Shown: positions 9,569-19,525 of the stretch, one piece after another
How the letters are laid out: each line of letters begins with the position of its first letter
Position numbering within the stretch: position 1 is the first letter of the stretch
Assembly (NCBI GenBank): GCA_030695025.1
Contig: JAUYTX010000009.1
Span: forward strand, 28,081-92,080
DNA: 64,000 nucleotides
Reading direction: 5' to 3'
DNA from: Bacteroidales bacterium
GTDB taxonomy: Bacteria; Bacteroidota; Bacteroidia; Bacteroidales; UBA932
Notes under the pieces: generated by a model
Database searches by the model: none
The model's input: only the letters and a program-made list of their open reading frames with translations
What the model was told of the DNA's origin: nothing
Translations under genes and position numbers: made by a program

Positions 9569-10405
9569 ATGCGTCTAATTGCAGATTCCGGCTCTACAAA
9601 GGTAGATTGGAGAGCCATCCACAGTGATGGTTCAGTTCAGGAGATAGCTACGGCAGGTATTAACCCGTTTTTCCAGACAGAGGAGCAGATTGTTTACGAA
9701 CTTCAGCAGAATCTTCTGCCTGATATCAGTGCTTCGGTTAATGAAATTCATTTTTACGGTGCCGGCGTATCCTCACCTGAAAAGGTTTTGGTTTTACAAA
9801 ATTGCTTCAGGAAGGTATTCCCAAAAGCAAGGTCAAATGCATATACCGATCTTCTGGCAGCAGCCAGGGCGCTTTGTGGTAAAAAGCCCGGAATTGCCGC
9901 TATCCTGGGAACCGGTGCAAATTCTTGTTTTTATGATGGTAACGAGATAGTAGATAATGTTCCGGCGTGTGGCTTTATTTTGGGTGATGAAGGTAGCGGT
10001 GCTGTTCTTGGAAAGAAATTTATCTCTGATTACCTTAAAAGACAGCTTCCTTCGGATTTGAATACGCTGTTTGATCAAAAATACAACCTTAATTACAACT
10101 CAATTATTGAAAGGGTTTACAGACAGCCATTCCCTAATAGGTATCTGGCAACATTCTCGGTGTTTTTACATCAGAACAAAACCAATCCATATGTTTTAAA
10201 GTTGCTCACAAACAGCTTTGAAGAGTTCTTCACAAGGAATGTAATGCAGTATGATTATAAAAAGTATCCTGTGAACCTTGTGGGCTCTGTTGCATTCCAT
10301 TATGAAGATATTATAAAAGATGTTGCAAAAGGTCTCGGTGTAAAAATCGGAAACATTCTTCAGTCTCCGATTGATGGTCTTGCTGAGTATCATAAATCCC
10401 TGTAA
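9569..10405 (+). CDS. N-acetylglucosamine/N-acetylmuramate kinase-like ATPase (BadF/BcrA family)
   Basis: IADSGSTK, FYGAG, ILGTGAN and GFILGDEGSGA motifs; adjacent to murQ; TATTTTTG -7 element at 9541-9548. Confidence 0.82.
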   Translation: MRLIADSGSTKVDWRAIHSDGSVQEIATAGINPFFQTEEQIVYELQQNLLPDISASVNEIHFYGAGVSSPEKVLVLQNCFRKVFPKARSNAYTDLLAAARALCGKKPGIAAILGTGANSCFYDGNEIVDNVPACGFILGDEGSGAVLGKKFISDYLKRQLPSDLNTLFDQKYNLNYNSIIERVYRQPFPNRYLATFSVFLHQNKTNPYVLKLLTNSFEEFFTRNVMQYDYKKYPVNLVGSVAFHYEDIIKDVAKGLGVKIGNILQSPIDGLAEYHKSL

Positions 10406-10412
10406 TTGAATT

Positions 10413-11225
10413 ATGAAAGTAACTGAACAATCATCAAAATACGATCATCTGGACAAAATGTCCACTCTGGATCTTCTAATCAATATGAATAATGAGGATA
10501 AAACTGTACCGTATGCAGTTGAGAAATGCATTCCTCAAATCGAAAAGCTTGTTGAAGAGATAGTAGAAAGAATTATAAAAGGAGGTCGTCTGTTCTATCT
10601 TGGAGCAGGCACAAGCGGTCGACTGGGTATACTTGATGCGTCGGAGATTCCTCCAACCTTTGGTGCCCCTTTTGATCTGGTAATAGGTCTTATCGCAGGG
10701 GGTGATTCTGCTATCAGAAGAGCTGTAGAGGCTGCTGAAGATAGTTGGGAAGGTGGATGGAGTGATATGCAGCAGTATGGTGTTGGAAAAGACGATGTTG
10801 TAATAGGTATTGCAGCTTCAGGCACAACTCCTTATGTTATCGGAGCAGTTAAAGAGGCTAGGGCAAGGGGTATTCTGACAGCTTGTGTAACATGTAATCC
10901 TGACAGCCCTCTTTCGGCTGAGGTTGATATTCCAATAGAGGCTGTTGTGGGACCTGAGTTTTTAACCGGAAGCACAAGAATGAAATCAGGAACAGCTCAG
11001 AAGCTGGTTCTTAACATGATCACTACCACCACAATGATTCGCCTGGGACACGTTAAAGGAAATAAGATGGTTGATATGCAGCTTACAAATGCAAAACTTG
11101 TTGACAGGGGAACCAAAATGATAATGGAGGAGGCCTCAATAACAGATTATGATCTTGCAAAACAGCTTCTGCTTACCCATGGTTCTGTTCGTAAAGCAGT
11201 TGATTTTTATATAAATCAACAATAA
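10413..11225 (+). CDS. murQ: N-acetylmuramic acid 6-phosphate etherase
   Basis: GAGTSGRLG, DASEIPPTFG, GIAASGTTPYV and GPEFLTGSTRMKSGTAQKLVLNM motifs. Confidence 0.95.
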   Translation: MKVTEQSSKYDHLDKMSTLDLLINMNNEDKTVPYAVEKCIPQIEKLVEEIVERIIKGGRLFYLGAGTSGRLGILDASEIPPTFGAPFDLVIGLIAGGDSAIRRAVEAAEDSWEGGWSDMQQYGVGKDDVVIGIAASGTTPYVIGAVKEARARGILTACVTCNPDSPLSAEVDIPIEAVVGPEFLTGSTRMKSGTAQKLVLNMITTTTMIRLGHVKGNKMVDMQLTNAKLVDRGTKMIMEEASITDYDLAKQLLLTHGSVRKAVDFYINQQ

Positions 11226-11233
11226 AAAGCTCA

Positions 11234-11857
11234 ATGTCAAGACAGAATCTCTCATCAACTTTATTATCTGCTGCCGTAGATGAGCTTGCTGCTCTTCCCG
11301 GGGTTGGCAGAAGAAGTGCTTTGAGATTCGCACTACATTTGCTCAAGCAGCCTAAAGAGAATGTGGACAGATTCGGAAAATCAATAATTAAACTCAGGGA
11401 AGGGATTCAGTATTGCAAAGTATGCAATATGATTTCGGATGTACCGGTATGTCCGGTTTGCAGTGACAAGACTCGTGAACAAGGTTTGATATGTGTTGTT
11501 GAAAGTATAAGAGATGTTCTGAGCATCGAGAACACCGGGGAGTTTAATGGGCTGTACCATGTTTTGGGAGGAATTATCTCTCCCATGGATGGAATCTCAC
11601 CATCTGACATTGCTATAGAATCACTTATTAAACGAGTTGAAAATTCTCAAATAAATGAGGTATTTCTGGCCCTTAACACAACAATGGAGGGTGAGACAAC
11701 TTCGTTTTATATTTATAAAAAATTAAGCAGATTTTCGCTAAGAATCAGCACTACAGCCAGAGGTGTTGGATTTGGAGATGAGTTGGAGTATACTGATGAA
11801 GTAACTCTTGGCAGGTCTGTTTCAAACAGACAACCTTTTATTCCGTCAAATTCGTAA
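11234..11857 (+). CDS. recR: recombination mediator RecR
   Basis: LPGVGRRSALR, zinc finger CKVCN...CPVC, YHVLGGIISPMDG and LEYTDEVTL. Confidence 0.95.
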   Translation: MSRQNLSSTLLSAAVDELAALPGVGRRSALRFALHLLKQPKENVDRFGKSIIKLREGIQYCKVCNMISDVPVCPVCSDKTREQGLICVVESIRDVLSIENTGEFNGLYHVLGGIISPMDGISPSDIAIESLIKRVENSQINEVFLALNTTMEGETTSFYIYKKLSRFSLRISTTARGVGFGDELEYTDEVTLGRSVSNRQPFIPSNS

Positions 11858-11869
11858 AAAAGTAATATT

Positions 11870-13369
11870 ATGCATGCATTCCCGCTTTCATGGCTTTTAA
11901 CGGCCTTTACAGTTTACACAGCTTTACTGTTTTTTGTTTCATGGCTGACGTCAAGAAAGGCCGATACAGGGTCATATTTTCTTGGCAATAAGAAATCTCC
12001 TTGGTACATAGTGGCATACGGCATGGTTGGAACATCCATCTCCGGAGTGACCTTTATTTCGGTTCCGGGTAATGTGCTTAACCAGAATTTTTACTACATG
12101 CCACTTGTTCTAGGTTTTTTATTAGGTTATGTGTTGATTGCCCAGGTGTTGATACCACTGTATTATAAGATGAACCTTACCTCCATTTATACCTATCTGG
12201 AGAAGAGATTTGGATTTTTCACCTACAAAACAGGCGCATCAGTTTTTATGGTATCCAGAATTCTTGGAGCTGCCGTAAGGATTTTTGTTGTAGTTCTCGT
12301 GCTGCACACTTTTCTGCCGGAGGACTCTGTTCCATTCTGGGTCGTGGCGTTTATATTCATGTTCCTGATATTTCTTTATACGTTTAAAGGTGGTGTAAAA
12401 ACCATTATATGGACAGATGTATTGCAAACAACATTTATGCTTCTGGCTGTATTTCTTACCATTTTCTCAATTGCAAGAGCAATGGACTGGAGTGTAGGGG
12501 AGATGCTTACCGAAGTGAGAAAGTCAACCTTTTCAAACTGGATTGACTGGGAGTGGAGTAGCACCACCAATGTTATTAAGCAGTTTGTTGCCGGTATTTT
12601 CATCACAATTGTAATGACAGGTCTTGATCAGGAGATGATGCAGAAAAACCTCTCATGCAAAAACATAAGGGAGGCTCAAAAGAATGTTTACACAACAAGT
12701 GTAACCATTGTGGTTGTAAATTACTTCTTTTTGCTGCTTGGTGCTGTACTTGCTCTTTATGTAAGTTCAAAACATGGTGGAATGGAGGGCATAGGACTTG
12801 CTAACGACCTTGGAGAGTTTACGAAGGCACAAACAGACAAGTTATTTCCAACCATTGCAAGCCAGTATCTGGGACTCGGAGTCGGTCTATTCTTTATAAT
12901 AGGGTTAATTTCAGCATCGTACCCTAGTGCGGGAGGTGCTCTTACTTCACTTACAACTTCATTTTGTATTGACTTTGTTGGCTTCAACAGTAGAAACGAC
13001 CTTACAGAAACAAGAAAGAAAAGAATTCGCCAAATGGCTCATGCCGGTTTTGCAGTGCTCTTTTTTATAATTATTGTTATACTGCATATTGTTAATAATC
13101 AGGCAGTAATTGATCTGGTTTATATGCTTGCTGCTTATACATATGGCCCTCTGCTTGGATTCTTCTTCTTTGGTTTGCTTACAAAATATCAGGTTAAGGA
13201 TAAATATATGCCTTACGTAGCTATTGGTTCACCTATACTGTGTTACATGCTGGATGTTTTTGGCAAGCAATACCTGGGTTTCGGATTTGGCTTCACCATT
13301 TTAATCATGAACGGGCTCTTTACTTTTGCAGGAATGTATCTGCTTAGAGAGGGCAAGGTTAAGGCCTAG
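11870..13369 (+). CDS. sodium:solute symporter family transporter
   Basis: About 13 hydrophobic segments; YFLGNKKSPW, SISGVTFISVPG, GGVKTIIWTDVLQ and GLDQEMMQK SSS motifs. Confidence 0.9.
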   Translation: MHAFPLSWLLTAFTVYTALLFFVSWLTSRKADTGSYFLGNKKSPWYIVAYGMVGTSISGVTFISVPGNVLNQNFYYMPLVLGFLLGYVLIAQVLIPLYYKMNLTSIYTYLEKRFGFFTYKTGASVFMVSRILGAAVRIFVVVLVLHTFLPEDSVPFWVVAFIFMFLIFLYTFKGGVKTIIWTDVLQTTFMLLAVFLTIFSIARAMDWSVGEMLTEVRKSTFSNWIDWEWSSTTNVIKQFVAGIFITIVMTGLDQEMMQKNLSCKNIREAQKNVYTTSVTIVVVNYFFLLLGAVLALYVSSKHGGMEGIGLANDLGEFTKAQTDKLFPTIASQYLGLGVGLFFIIGLISASYPSAGGALTSLTTSFCIDFVGFNSRNDLTETRKKRIRQMAHAGFAVLFFIIIVILHIVNNQAVIDLVYMLAAYTYGPLLGFFFFGLLTKYQVKDKYMPYVAIGSPILCYMLDVFGKQYLGFGFGFTILIMNGLFTFAGMYLLREGKVKA

Positions 13370-13428
13370 TAACTTTAGTTGAGCTTTTAGAAAATTATCT
13401 TAACTTTGCCCCCGCAAAAGTTAAGATA

Positions 13429-14199
13429 ATGCTCGTTCGTATATCTGCAATATCATATTTAAACACTCTGCCTTTTGTGTACGGGTTGATGAATCATCCT
13501 GTTTCGGAAAAGATTGAGCTGAAACTGACAACCCCGGAAGAGGCTGCCCGCTCTCTTATTGAAGGAACCTCGGATATTGGTATTGTCCCTTCGGCCGTTA
13601 TTCCACAACTGAAAAACGGTAGAATTATCTCTGAATTTTGTATCGCTGCAGATACAGACGTAGCTAGCGTATTGTTATGCAGTGAAAAACCAATAGAGCA
13701 GATTGATAGAATTTATCTTGATACAGAATCTATGACCTCTGTTTTGCTTGCAAGGATTCTATGCAGAAAATACTGGAAAATCGATCCGGAGTTTGCTAAA
13801 TTTAATTTTTCGGCAAATGAGCTGAACCCTTCTGAATCTTACGTGCTTATAGGGGATAAAGCTATGCTGAATGCGCATAAATTCAGCTTTTGCTATGATT
13901 TGGCCGCCGAGTGGATCAAATTTAAAAACATGCCCTTTGTTTTTGCCTGTTGGGCAGCAAACAAGAAGTTAAACAGCACATTCAAAGAGGAATTTAACGA
14001 TGCTTTGAGGTTTGGGCTGAACAACATTGAAAAAGCCCTGACAACTATCCCTCACAAGTTTGACTACCAAACAGCCTACAATTATCTTACAAAGAATATA
14101 TCATATAATCTAAGTCCCGACAAAAGAGCAGGTCTCTCTGAATTTTGGTGCCTTGCACTTGAAGAGCTTAAATCAAAAGTCCGATGGTTTGACCGATAA
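13429..14199 (+). CDS. mqnA: chorismate dehydratase MqnA (futalosine menaquinone pathway)
   Basis: ISYLNTLPF, VASVLL, SMTSVLL, LIGDKA and LPFVFA-like MPFVFACW motifs; TAACTTTG -7 element at 13401-13408. Confidence 0.82.
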   Translation: MLVRISAISYLNTLPFVYGLMNHPVSEKIELKLTTPEEAARSLIEGTSDIGIVPSAVIPQLKNGRIISEFCIAADTDVASVLLCSEKPIEQIDRIYLDTESMTSVLLARILCRKYWKIDPEFAKFNFSANELNPSESYVLIGDKAMLNAHKFSFCYDLAAEWIKFKNMPFVFACWAANKKLNSTFKEEFNDALRFGLNNIEKALTTIPHKFDYQTAYNYLTKNISYNLSPDKRAGLSEFWCLALEELKSKVRWFDR

Positions 14200-14231
14200 A
14201 CCAAAGTACAAACCTTAAAAACGGATTAATT

Positions 14232-15182
14232 ATGCTCGAAATATTCTACAAAAACAAAGGTCAGCTTGTAACGACAAATGAGTTAAGTGCGCTTGACAAC
14301 CTTGGATATGATGATATCCTCTGGATAGATCTTTTATCCCCTTCAGGTGAAGAGAAGAGAGGAATAGAAAGTTATCTCAATACAACTTTACAGAGCCGTG
14401 CACAGGCAGAAGAGATCGAGAGTTCATCACGTTATTCCGAATCTGAAACCACAATTTTTATAAACACAAACTTCCTGATTCCAGGTCCTGATAATTATAG
14501 CATGGAGGCAGTATCCTTCATTTTGTGTGAAGGTATAATCGTTTCAATAAGGCATGTTCCTTTAAGAAGTTTTACAGATGTTCAGAGGAGGTTGGTTATA
14601 AATTACAAATCGATGCCTACCGGCTACCACATATTGATAGGAGTTCTGGAGAATAGAATTGACCTGGATGCTGATATGATAGAGCTTATGTCTAAGGAGA
14701 TAGCTCTGTTTAGCAAGAAAGTAGGCCATGGTGGTGAGATGGGGGAGGAGTTCATCCTGGATATTAACCAGCTACAGGAAAATACTATGTTGGTGAGAGA
14801 GAATATTGTTGATAAGCAGAGGATGATTTCTAGTATTCTTAAAAGTGATAAATTTCCGAGAGACGTTTACGCTAAGCTTAATGTGCTGATAAAAGACGTT
14901 AACTCGCTTATAAATCACACCAATTTTAGCTTTGAAAGGCTTGAATATATGCAGAATACGGTTCTTGGCCTTATTAATTTGGAGCAGAACAGGATAATGA
15001 AGATATTTACCTTTGTCTCCCTCTTATTCATGCCACCTACCGTAATCGCCAGTATTTACGGAATGAATGTGGATCTGCCAATTATGGGTGGAATGGTTGA
15101 CTTTGCCCTCATTATGCTTGTTATGATGATATCGGTTGTAACAGTATCTATACTGTTTAAAAGAAAAAAGATGCTCAAATAG
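14232..15182 (+). CDS. corA: CorA family Mg2+/Co2+ transporter
   Basis: WIDL, two C-terminal TM helices with MPPTVIASIYGMN signature. Confidence 0.92.
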   Translation: MLEIFYKNKGQLVTTNELSALDNLGYDDILWIDLLSPSGEEKRGIESYLNTTLQSRAQAEEIESSSRYSESETTIFINTNFLIPGPDNYSMEAVSFILCEGIIVSIRHVPLRSFTDVQRRLVINYKSMPTGYHILIGVLENRIDLDADMIELMSKEIALFSKKVGHGGEMGEEFILDINQLQENTMLVRENIVDKQRMISSILKSDKFPRDVYAKLNVLIKDVNSLINHTNFSFERLEYMQNTVLGLINLEQNRIMKIFTFVSLLFMPPTVIASIYGMNVDLPIMGGMVDFALIMLVMMISVVTVSILFKRKKMLK

Positions 15183-15193
15183 AGCATCTTTTT
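15165..15193. terminator. bidirectional intrinsic terminator between corA and the MFS gene
   Basis: Perfect 12-bp stem AAAAAGATGCTC / GAGCATCTTTTT with a 5-nt loop, overlapping the corA stop. Confidence 0.7.
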
Positions 15194-15222
15194 CTTTAGA
15201 TATAATTAATTCTTTCAGTTTT

Positions 15223-16515
15223 TTAATTTTTCCCAACACCCTTTGCTATAAACTTGTTGTAGAGAACTAGAGAAATCATACTCACCACGCCGATGGAGGC
15301 AAAAATCAACCATAAAGTCTGGGGTCTGTTCAATTCATCAACATATTTGACATAGAGGTGAGATCCTAAAAATCCACCTATGCTGCTTCCAATCACTCCG
15401 TAAAGGAAAGAGTATCCAAGGTAGAGTGCCTTTTTGTCAGGAGGAGCAATAAGTCCAATATAGGAGATAAACTTCGGGTGCGTTGTCATCTCTCCGAGAG
15501 TGAACACCATTATGCCTGCAATGAATATCCACGGAGCAGAAGAGATAGAGAGTATTGCCATACCAAGAGTCCCAAATCCAATTCCCGTAATCATTGTTGG
15601 TAATGCTGCCCATTTCTTTACAACATTCGAAACAAGGAGTTGTAACACAATGATAACGCCGGCGTTTATTACAGTAACATGCTCAACATCAAATTCCCAC
15701 GAAGGGTTGTTTACGAAAAGCCCCAAAAATGAATTCACCGAATTGTTTACTGCAGTCATATCTATGAAGTCTCTTACATACCAGAGTACAGTTCCAAACA
15801 TCTGAAAATAGAGAATCCAGAATGCAGAGTAGAGGAAGATCATAAGAATAAACCTCCAGTCTTTTAGAACAAGAACCATATCTTTGAATACTTTCCCCAA
15901 TGTCTTATCACTCTTCTCCCTGTGCGGTTCTTTATATACAAACAGGTTAACAATTAGCAGAACTATACCTGTTATAGCTGCCATATAAAATATATAGCTG
16001 TAAGAGTGTTTTTTAAGTATTGGAACCAGTATAAGCGGGAAAAGAAATGCTCCAAGATTTATTGACCAGTAAAAAATTCCAAAACCCAGGCCTGAGTTTG
16101 ATTCATTGGTTGTTCTGGCAATTGTGCCTGATATGACAGGTTTGAAGAACCCTGCTCCGATTGCCATAATTATCAGTGATCCGAATATGAGAGCATAACT
16201 GTTTGCAATACCGGTAAGTGAGTACCCCAGGATCATGCATACAAATGCGAAGGAGAGAACCTTTTTATAGCCGTACCTATCTGCTATGGCACCTGAAATA
16301 ATTGGCAAAAAGTAAAGCAGCGGGGGTATTGTTCCCAGTACTGCGCCTGCCTGCTCCTTGCTGAATCCAAGCCCTCCACTTTCATGCCCCAGTATTAGAA
16401 ATACCGAGAGCACAGACATTACACCATAGTAGGACCCCCTTTCAAGGAATTCCATTACAATTACTGTCCAGAAGTTTTTCGGGAATGATTTAATCCCTGA
16501 TTTTTGATTTGTCAT
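15223..16515 (-). CDS. MFS transporter, POT/PTR peptide-transporter-like
   Basis: EFLERGSYYG (ExxER motif), GAIADRYG, GAGFFKP and FYWSINLGA; TATCTTTG -7 element at 16542-16549 (minus strand). Confidence 0.85.
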   Translation of the reverse strand: MTNQKSGIKSFPKNFWTVIVMEFLERGSYYGVMSVLSVFLILGHESGGLGFSKEQAGAVLGTIPPLLYFLPIISGAIADRYGYKKVLSFAFVCMILGYSLTGIANSYALIFGSLIIMAIGAGFFKPVISGTIARTTNESNSGLGFGIFYWSINLGAFLFPLILVPILKKHSYSYIFYMAAITGIVLLIVNLFVYKEPHREKSDKTLGKVFKDMVLVLKDWRFILMIFLYSAFWILYFQMFGTVLWYVRDFIDMTAVNNSVNSFLGLFVNNPSWEFDVEHVTVINAGVIIVLQLLVSNVVKKWAALPTMITGIGFGTLGMAILSISSAPWIFIAGIMVFTLGEMTTHPKFISYIGLIAPPDKKALYLGYSFLYGVIGSSIGGFLGSHLYVKYVDELNRPQTLWLIFASIGVVSMISLVLYNKFIAKGVGKN

Positions 16516-16657
16516 AGTTTAAGGTTAATATTTTTGCTTTTCAAAGATAAGTTGTTTTTAATATTTGTCAAATTGTAAAAAAAACTATACTTTTGGGATT
16601 CCCATTTTTGGGCTTATACATAAAGTCTAACTACTAGTTGTTTAATTATTTACAAAA

Positions 16658-18565
16658 ATGACAAAAGAGAAAAAAGAGCTGCTCGATCAAGAAGAGCAAA
16701 TTGAAATCGTCAATAAAGCTGACGAAAAACTTGAAGCTTTCATCGAAGATGATGCTGCACCTGTTGTAGAAGGTGGTAAAAAAAGAAAAAGCAACGTCTC
16801 TGTTGCTACTGACAAATTTGACTGGGAATCTTTCGAAAAAGAGCATGTTTACGATACCGACAAGAAGGTTATCGAGGATATGTACAGTCAGACCCTTTCA
16901 AAAGTAATTGAAAATGAAGTTGTTGAGGGAACTGTTGTTGCCCTTAATAAAAGAGAGGTTATTGTTAATATTGGTTACAAAAGCGAAGGCGTTATCAGTA
17001 TTAATGAGTTTCGTTACAATCCGGAGCTTGCTGCCGGAGATAAAGTTGAAGTTTATGTAGAGAATGCCGAAGACAAAAAAGGTCAATTGCTTCTCTCTCA
17101 TAAAAAGGCCCGTTCACTACGTTCTTGGGACAGAGTTAATGAGGCATTCGAAAAAGATGAAATCGTAAAAGGTTACATCAAGTGCAGAACAAAAGGTGGT
17201 ATGATTGTGGATGTGTTTGGTATTGAGGCATTCCTTCCTGGTTCGCAAATTGATGTTAAGCCTATCCGCGATTACGATATCTATGTCAACAAGACAATGG
17301 AGTTCAAAATTGTTAAGATTAATCACGAATTCCGCAATGTTGTCGTTTCTCACAAAGCTCTTATCGAGGCAGAACTTGAAGCTCAGAAGGCGGATATTAT
17401 CGGTAAACTTGAAAAAGGACAGATACTTGAAGGTATTGTTAAAAATATTACCTCTTATGGTGTATTTGTTGACCTTGGAGGTGTTGATGGACTTATTCAC
17501 ATCACGGACCTTTCATGGGGCAGAATTAACCACCCTGAAGAGGTTGTACAACTTGACGAAAAGATCAATGTTGTTATTCTTGACTTTGATGATACCAAGA
17601 AGAGAATTGCACTTGGTCTGAAGCAACTTAGCTCGCATCCATGGGATTCACTTGACCAGAATCTTCAGGTAGGCGATACAGTTAAAGGTAAAGTTGTTGT
17701 TATAGCTGATTACGGTGCTTTTATCGAAGTTCAGCCGGGTGTAGAGGGTCTTATTCACGTTTCTGAAATGTCATGGTCACTTCACCTGCGCAGCGCTCAG
17801 GACTTCCTGAAAGTTAGCGATGAGGTAGAAGCAGTGATTCTTACGCTTGACAGAGATGAGAGAAAGATGTCTCTTGGTATCAAACAACTTAAGAGCGATC
17901 CTTGGACAAGCATTAACGAAAAATTCCCGGTAGGCACAAAATGCACAGCAACAGTACGCAACTTCACCAACTTTGGTGTATTTGTAGAACTTGAAGAGGG
18001 AGTTGACGGACTTGTTCACATAAGTGATCTGTCATGGACCAAAAAGATTAAGCATCCATCTGAATTTACTTCGGTAGGTGAAGCTCTTGAGGTTGTGGTT
18101 CTTGAAGTAGATCAGGAAAATCGTCGTTTGAGTCTTGGTCACAAACAACTTGAGGAGAACCCTTGGGATGTTTTTGAAACTGTATTTTCAAACGGTTCGG
18201 TTCACGAAGGTACCATAACTGCCTTTGTAGATAAGGGAGCTACAATTGCCCTACCTTACGGTGTAGAGGGTTACGTTAGCCAGAAAAACCTTGTCAAAGA
18301 GGATGGTAGTCAGGCAAAACTGGAAGATAAACTCGAGTTCAAAGTGGTTGAGTTCAACAAAACCACCAAGAGAATTGTATTGTCTCACAGTAGGATGTTT
18401 GAAGAGCAAAAAAGAGAAGAGCCAAAGGAGAAATCATCAGAAGGTGACACAACTCAAAAGGCTGTAAAGAAACTAAAAGCCAACTTGGAGAAGACAACCC
18501 TGGGTGACATCAGCGAACTTGCAGCACTTAAGAGTGAGATGGAAAACAAGGATTCTCAGAAGTAA
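16658..18565 (+). CDS. rpsA: 30S ribosomal protein S1
   Basis: Six S1 repeats (e.g. YGVFVDLGGVDGLIHITDLSW); highly biased codon usage; TACTTTTG -7 element at 16588-16595. Confidence 0.97.
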   Translation: MTKEKKELLDQEEQIEIVNKADEKLEAFIEDDAAPVVEGGKKRKSNVSVATDKFDWESFEKEHVYDTDKKVIEDMYSQTLSKVIENEVVEGTVVALNKREVIVNIGYKSEGVISINEFRYNPELAAGDKVEVYVENAEDKKGQLLLSHKKARSLRSWDRVNEAFEKDEIVKGYIKCRTKGGMIVDVFGIEAFLPGSQIDVKPIRDYDIYVNKTMEFKIVKINHEFRNVVVSHKALIEAELEAQKADIIGKLEKGQILEGIVKNITSYGVFVDLGGVDGLIHITDLSWGRINHPEEVVQLDEKINVVILDFDDTKKRIALGLKQLSSHPWDSLDQNLQVGDTVKGKVVVIADYGAFIEVQPGVEGLIHVSEMSWSLHLRSAQDFLKVSDEVEAVILTLDRDERKMSLGIKQLKSDPWTSINEKFPVGTKCTATVRNFTNFGVFVELEEGVDGLVHISDLSWTKKIKHPSEFTSVGEALEVVVLEVDQENRRLSLGHKQLEENPWDVFETVFSNGSVHEGTITAFVDKGATIALPYGVEGYVSQKNLVKEDGSQAKLEDKLEFKVVEFNKTTKRIVLSHSRMFEEQKREEPKEKSSEGDTTQKAVKKLKANLEKTTLGDISELAALKSEMENKDSQK

Positions 18566-18574
18566 ACCTTATAG

Positions 18575-19510
18575 ATGAAATTTTCGTTCACACCGCTGGG
18601 TTGTGCATCAGCACTCCCTACCGTGAATAGATTTCCAAGCGCTCATGTTCTTAATGTTCATGAGCGTTTGTTTTTAATCGATTGCGGAGAGGGTTGCCAG
18701 ATGCAGATAAGAAGGGCAGGATTTTCATTTCTGAAGATCAGCGAAATTTTCATTAGCCATATACATGGAGACCATCTGTTTGGTATTTACGGACTTTTAT
18801 CGACCATGTCTTTACTGGGAAGAAATTCACAAATTGATATATTTGCGCCGGGTGCCTTTGCAGGGGTTTTGAAATCATTTATGGAACACTTTGGTGCATC
18901 AATTAATTTCAAGGTCAATCATATTGTAATCAAGTGCAGTGAACCAAAACTCATATTTGAAACCAGAAAAATTGAAGTTCTGGCATTTCCTCTTAACCAT
19001 AGAATAGAGTGTTACGGTTTTCTTTTCAGAGAAAAGATGCCCATGAGAAATGTTCATAAATACAAAATTGAATCTGATTCTCTTACTCTGTATGAAATTG
19101 CCCGGCTAAAAGAGGGCATGGATGTTGTTAGAGAAAATGGAGATATGCTTATAAACAGTGAATTTACATACCAACCCTTTATTCCAAGATCTTTTGCCTA
19201 TTGTTGCGATACTGCACCGTTTGATAAGTTGCCGGAATATGTTAAAGGCGTAGATATTTTATATCACGAAGCAACATTTGCAGATGATCTGAAAGTGATG
19301 GCAAAAGAGACCTATCACTCAACAGCAACAGATGCAGCCCAATGTGCATTAAATGCAGGTGCTAAAAGACTGTTAATGGGTCACTTTTCATCAAGATATA
19401 AGGATTATATAACTATATTGCATGAGGCCGGTGCTATTTTTAACAACAGCGAAGCGGCAGAGGCAGGAAAGGAATACGAAGTAGATCTTGTAAAACCAGA
19501 GAGTGCATAA
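18575..19510 (+). CDS. rnz: ribonuclease Z
   Basis: LGCASALP, DCGEG, HIHGDH, CCDT, HEATF and HFSSRY motifs. Confidence 0.92.
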   Translation: MKFSFTPLGCASALPTVNRFPSAHVLNVHERLFLIDCGEGCQMQIRRAGFSFLKISEIFISHIHGDHLFGIYGLLSTMSLLGRNSQIDIFAPGAFAGVLKSFMEHFGASINFKVNHIVIKCSEPKLIFETRKIEVLAFPLNHRIECYGFLFREKMPMRNVHKYKIESDSLTLYEIARLKEGMDVVRENGDMLINSEFTYQPFIPRSFAYCCDTAPFDKLPEYVKGVDILYHEATFADDLKVMAKETYHSTATDAAQCALNAGAKRLLMGHFSSRYKDYITILHEAGAIFNNSEAAEAGKEYEVDLVKPESA

Positions 19511-19525
19511 AGAAATTTGACAAAA

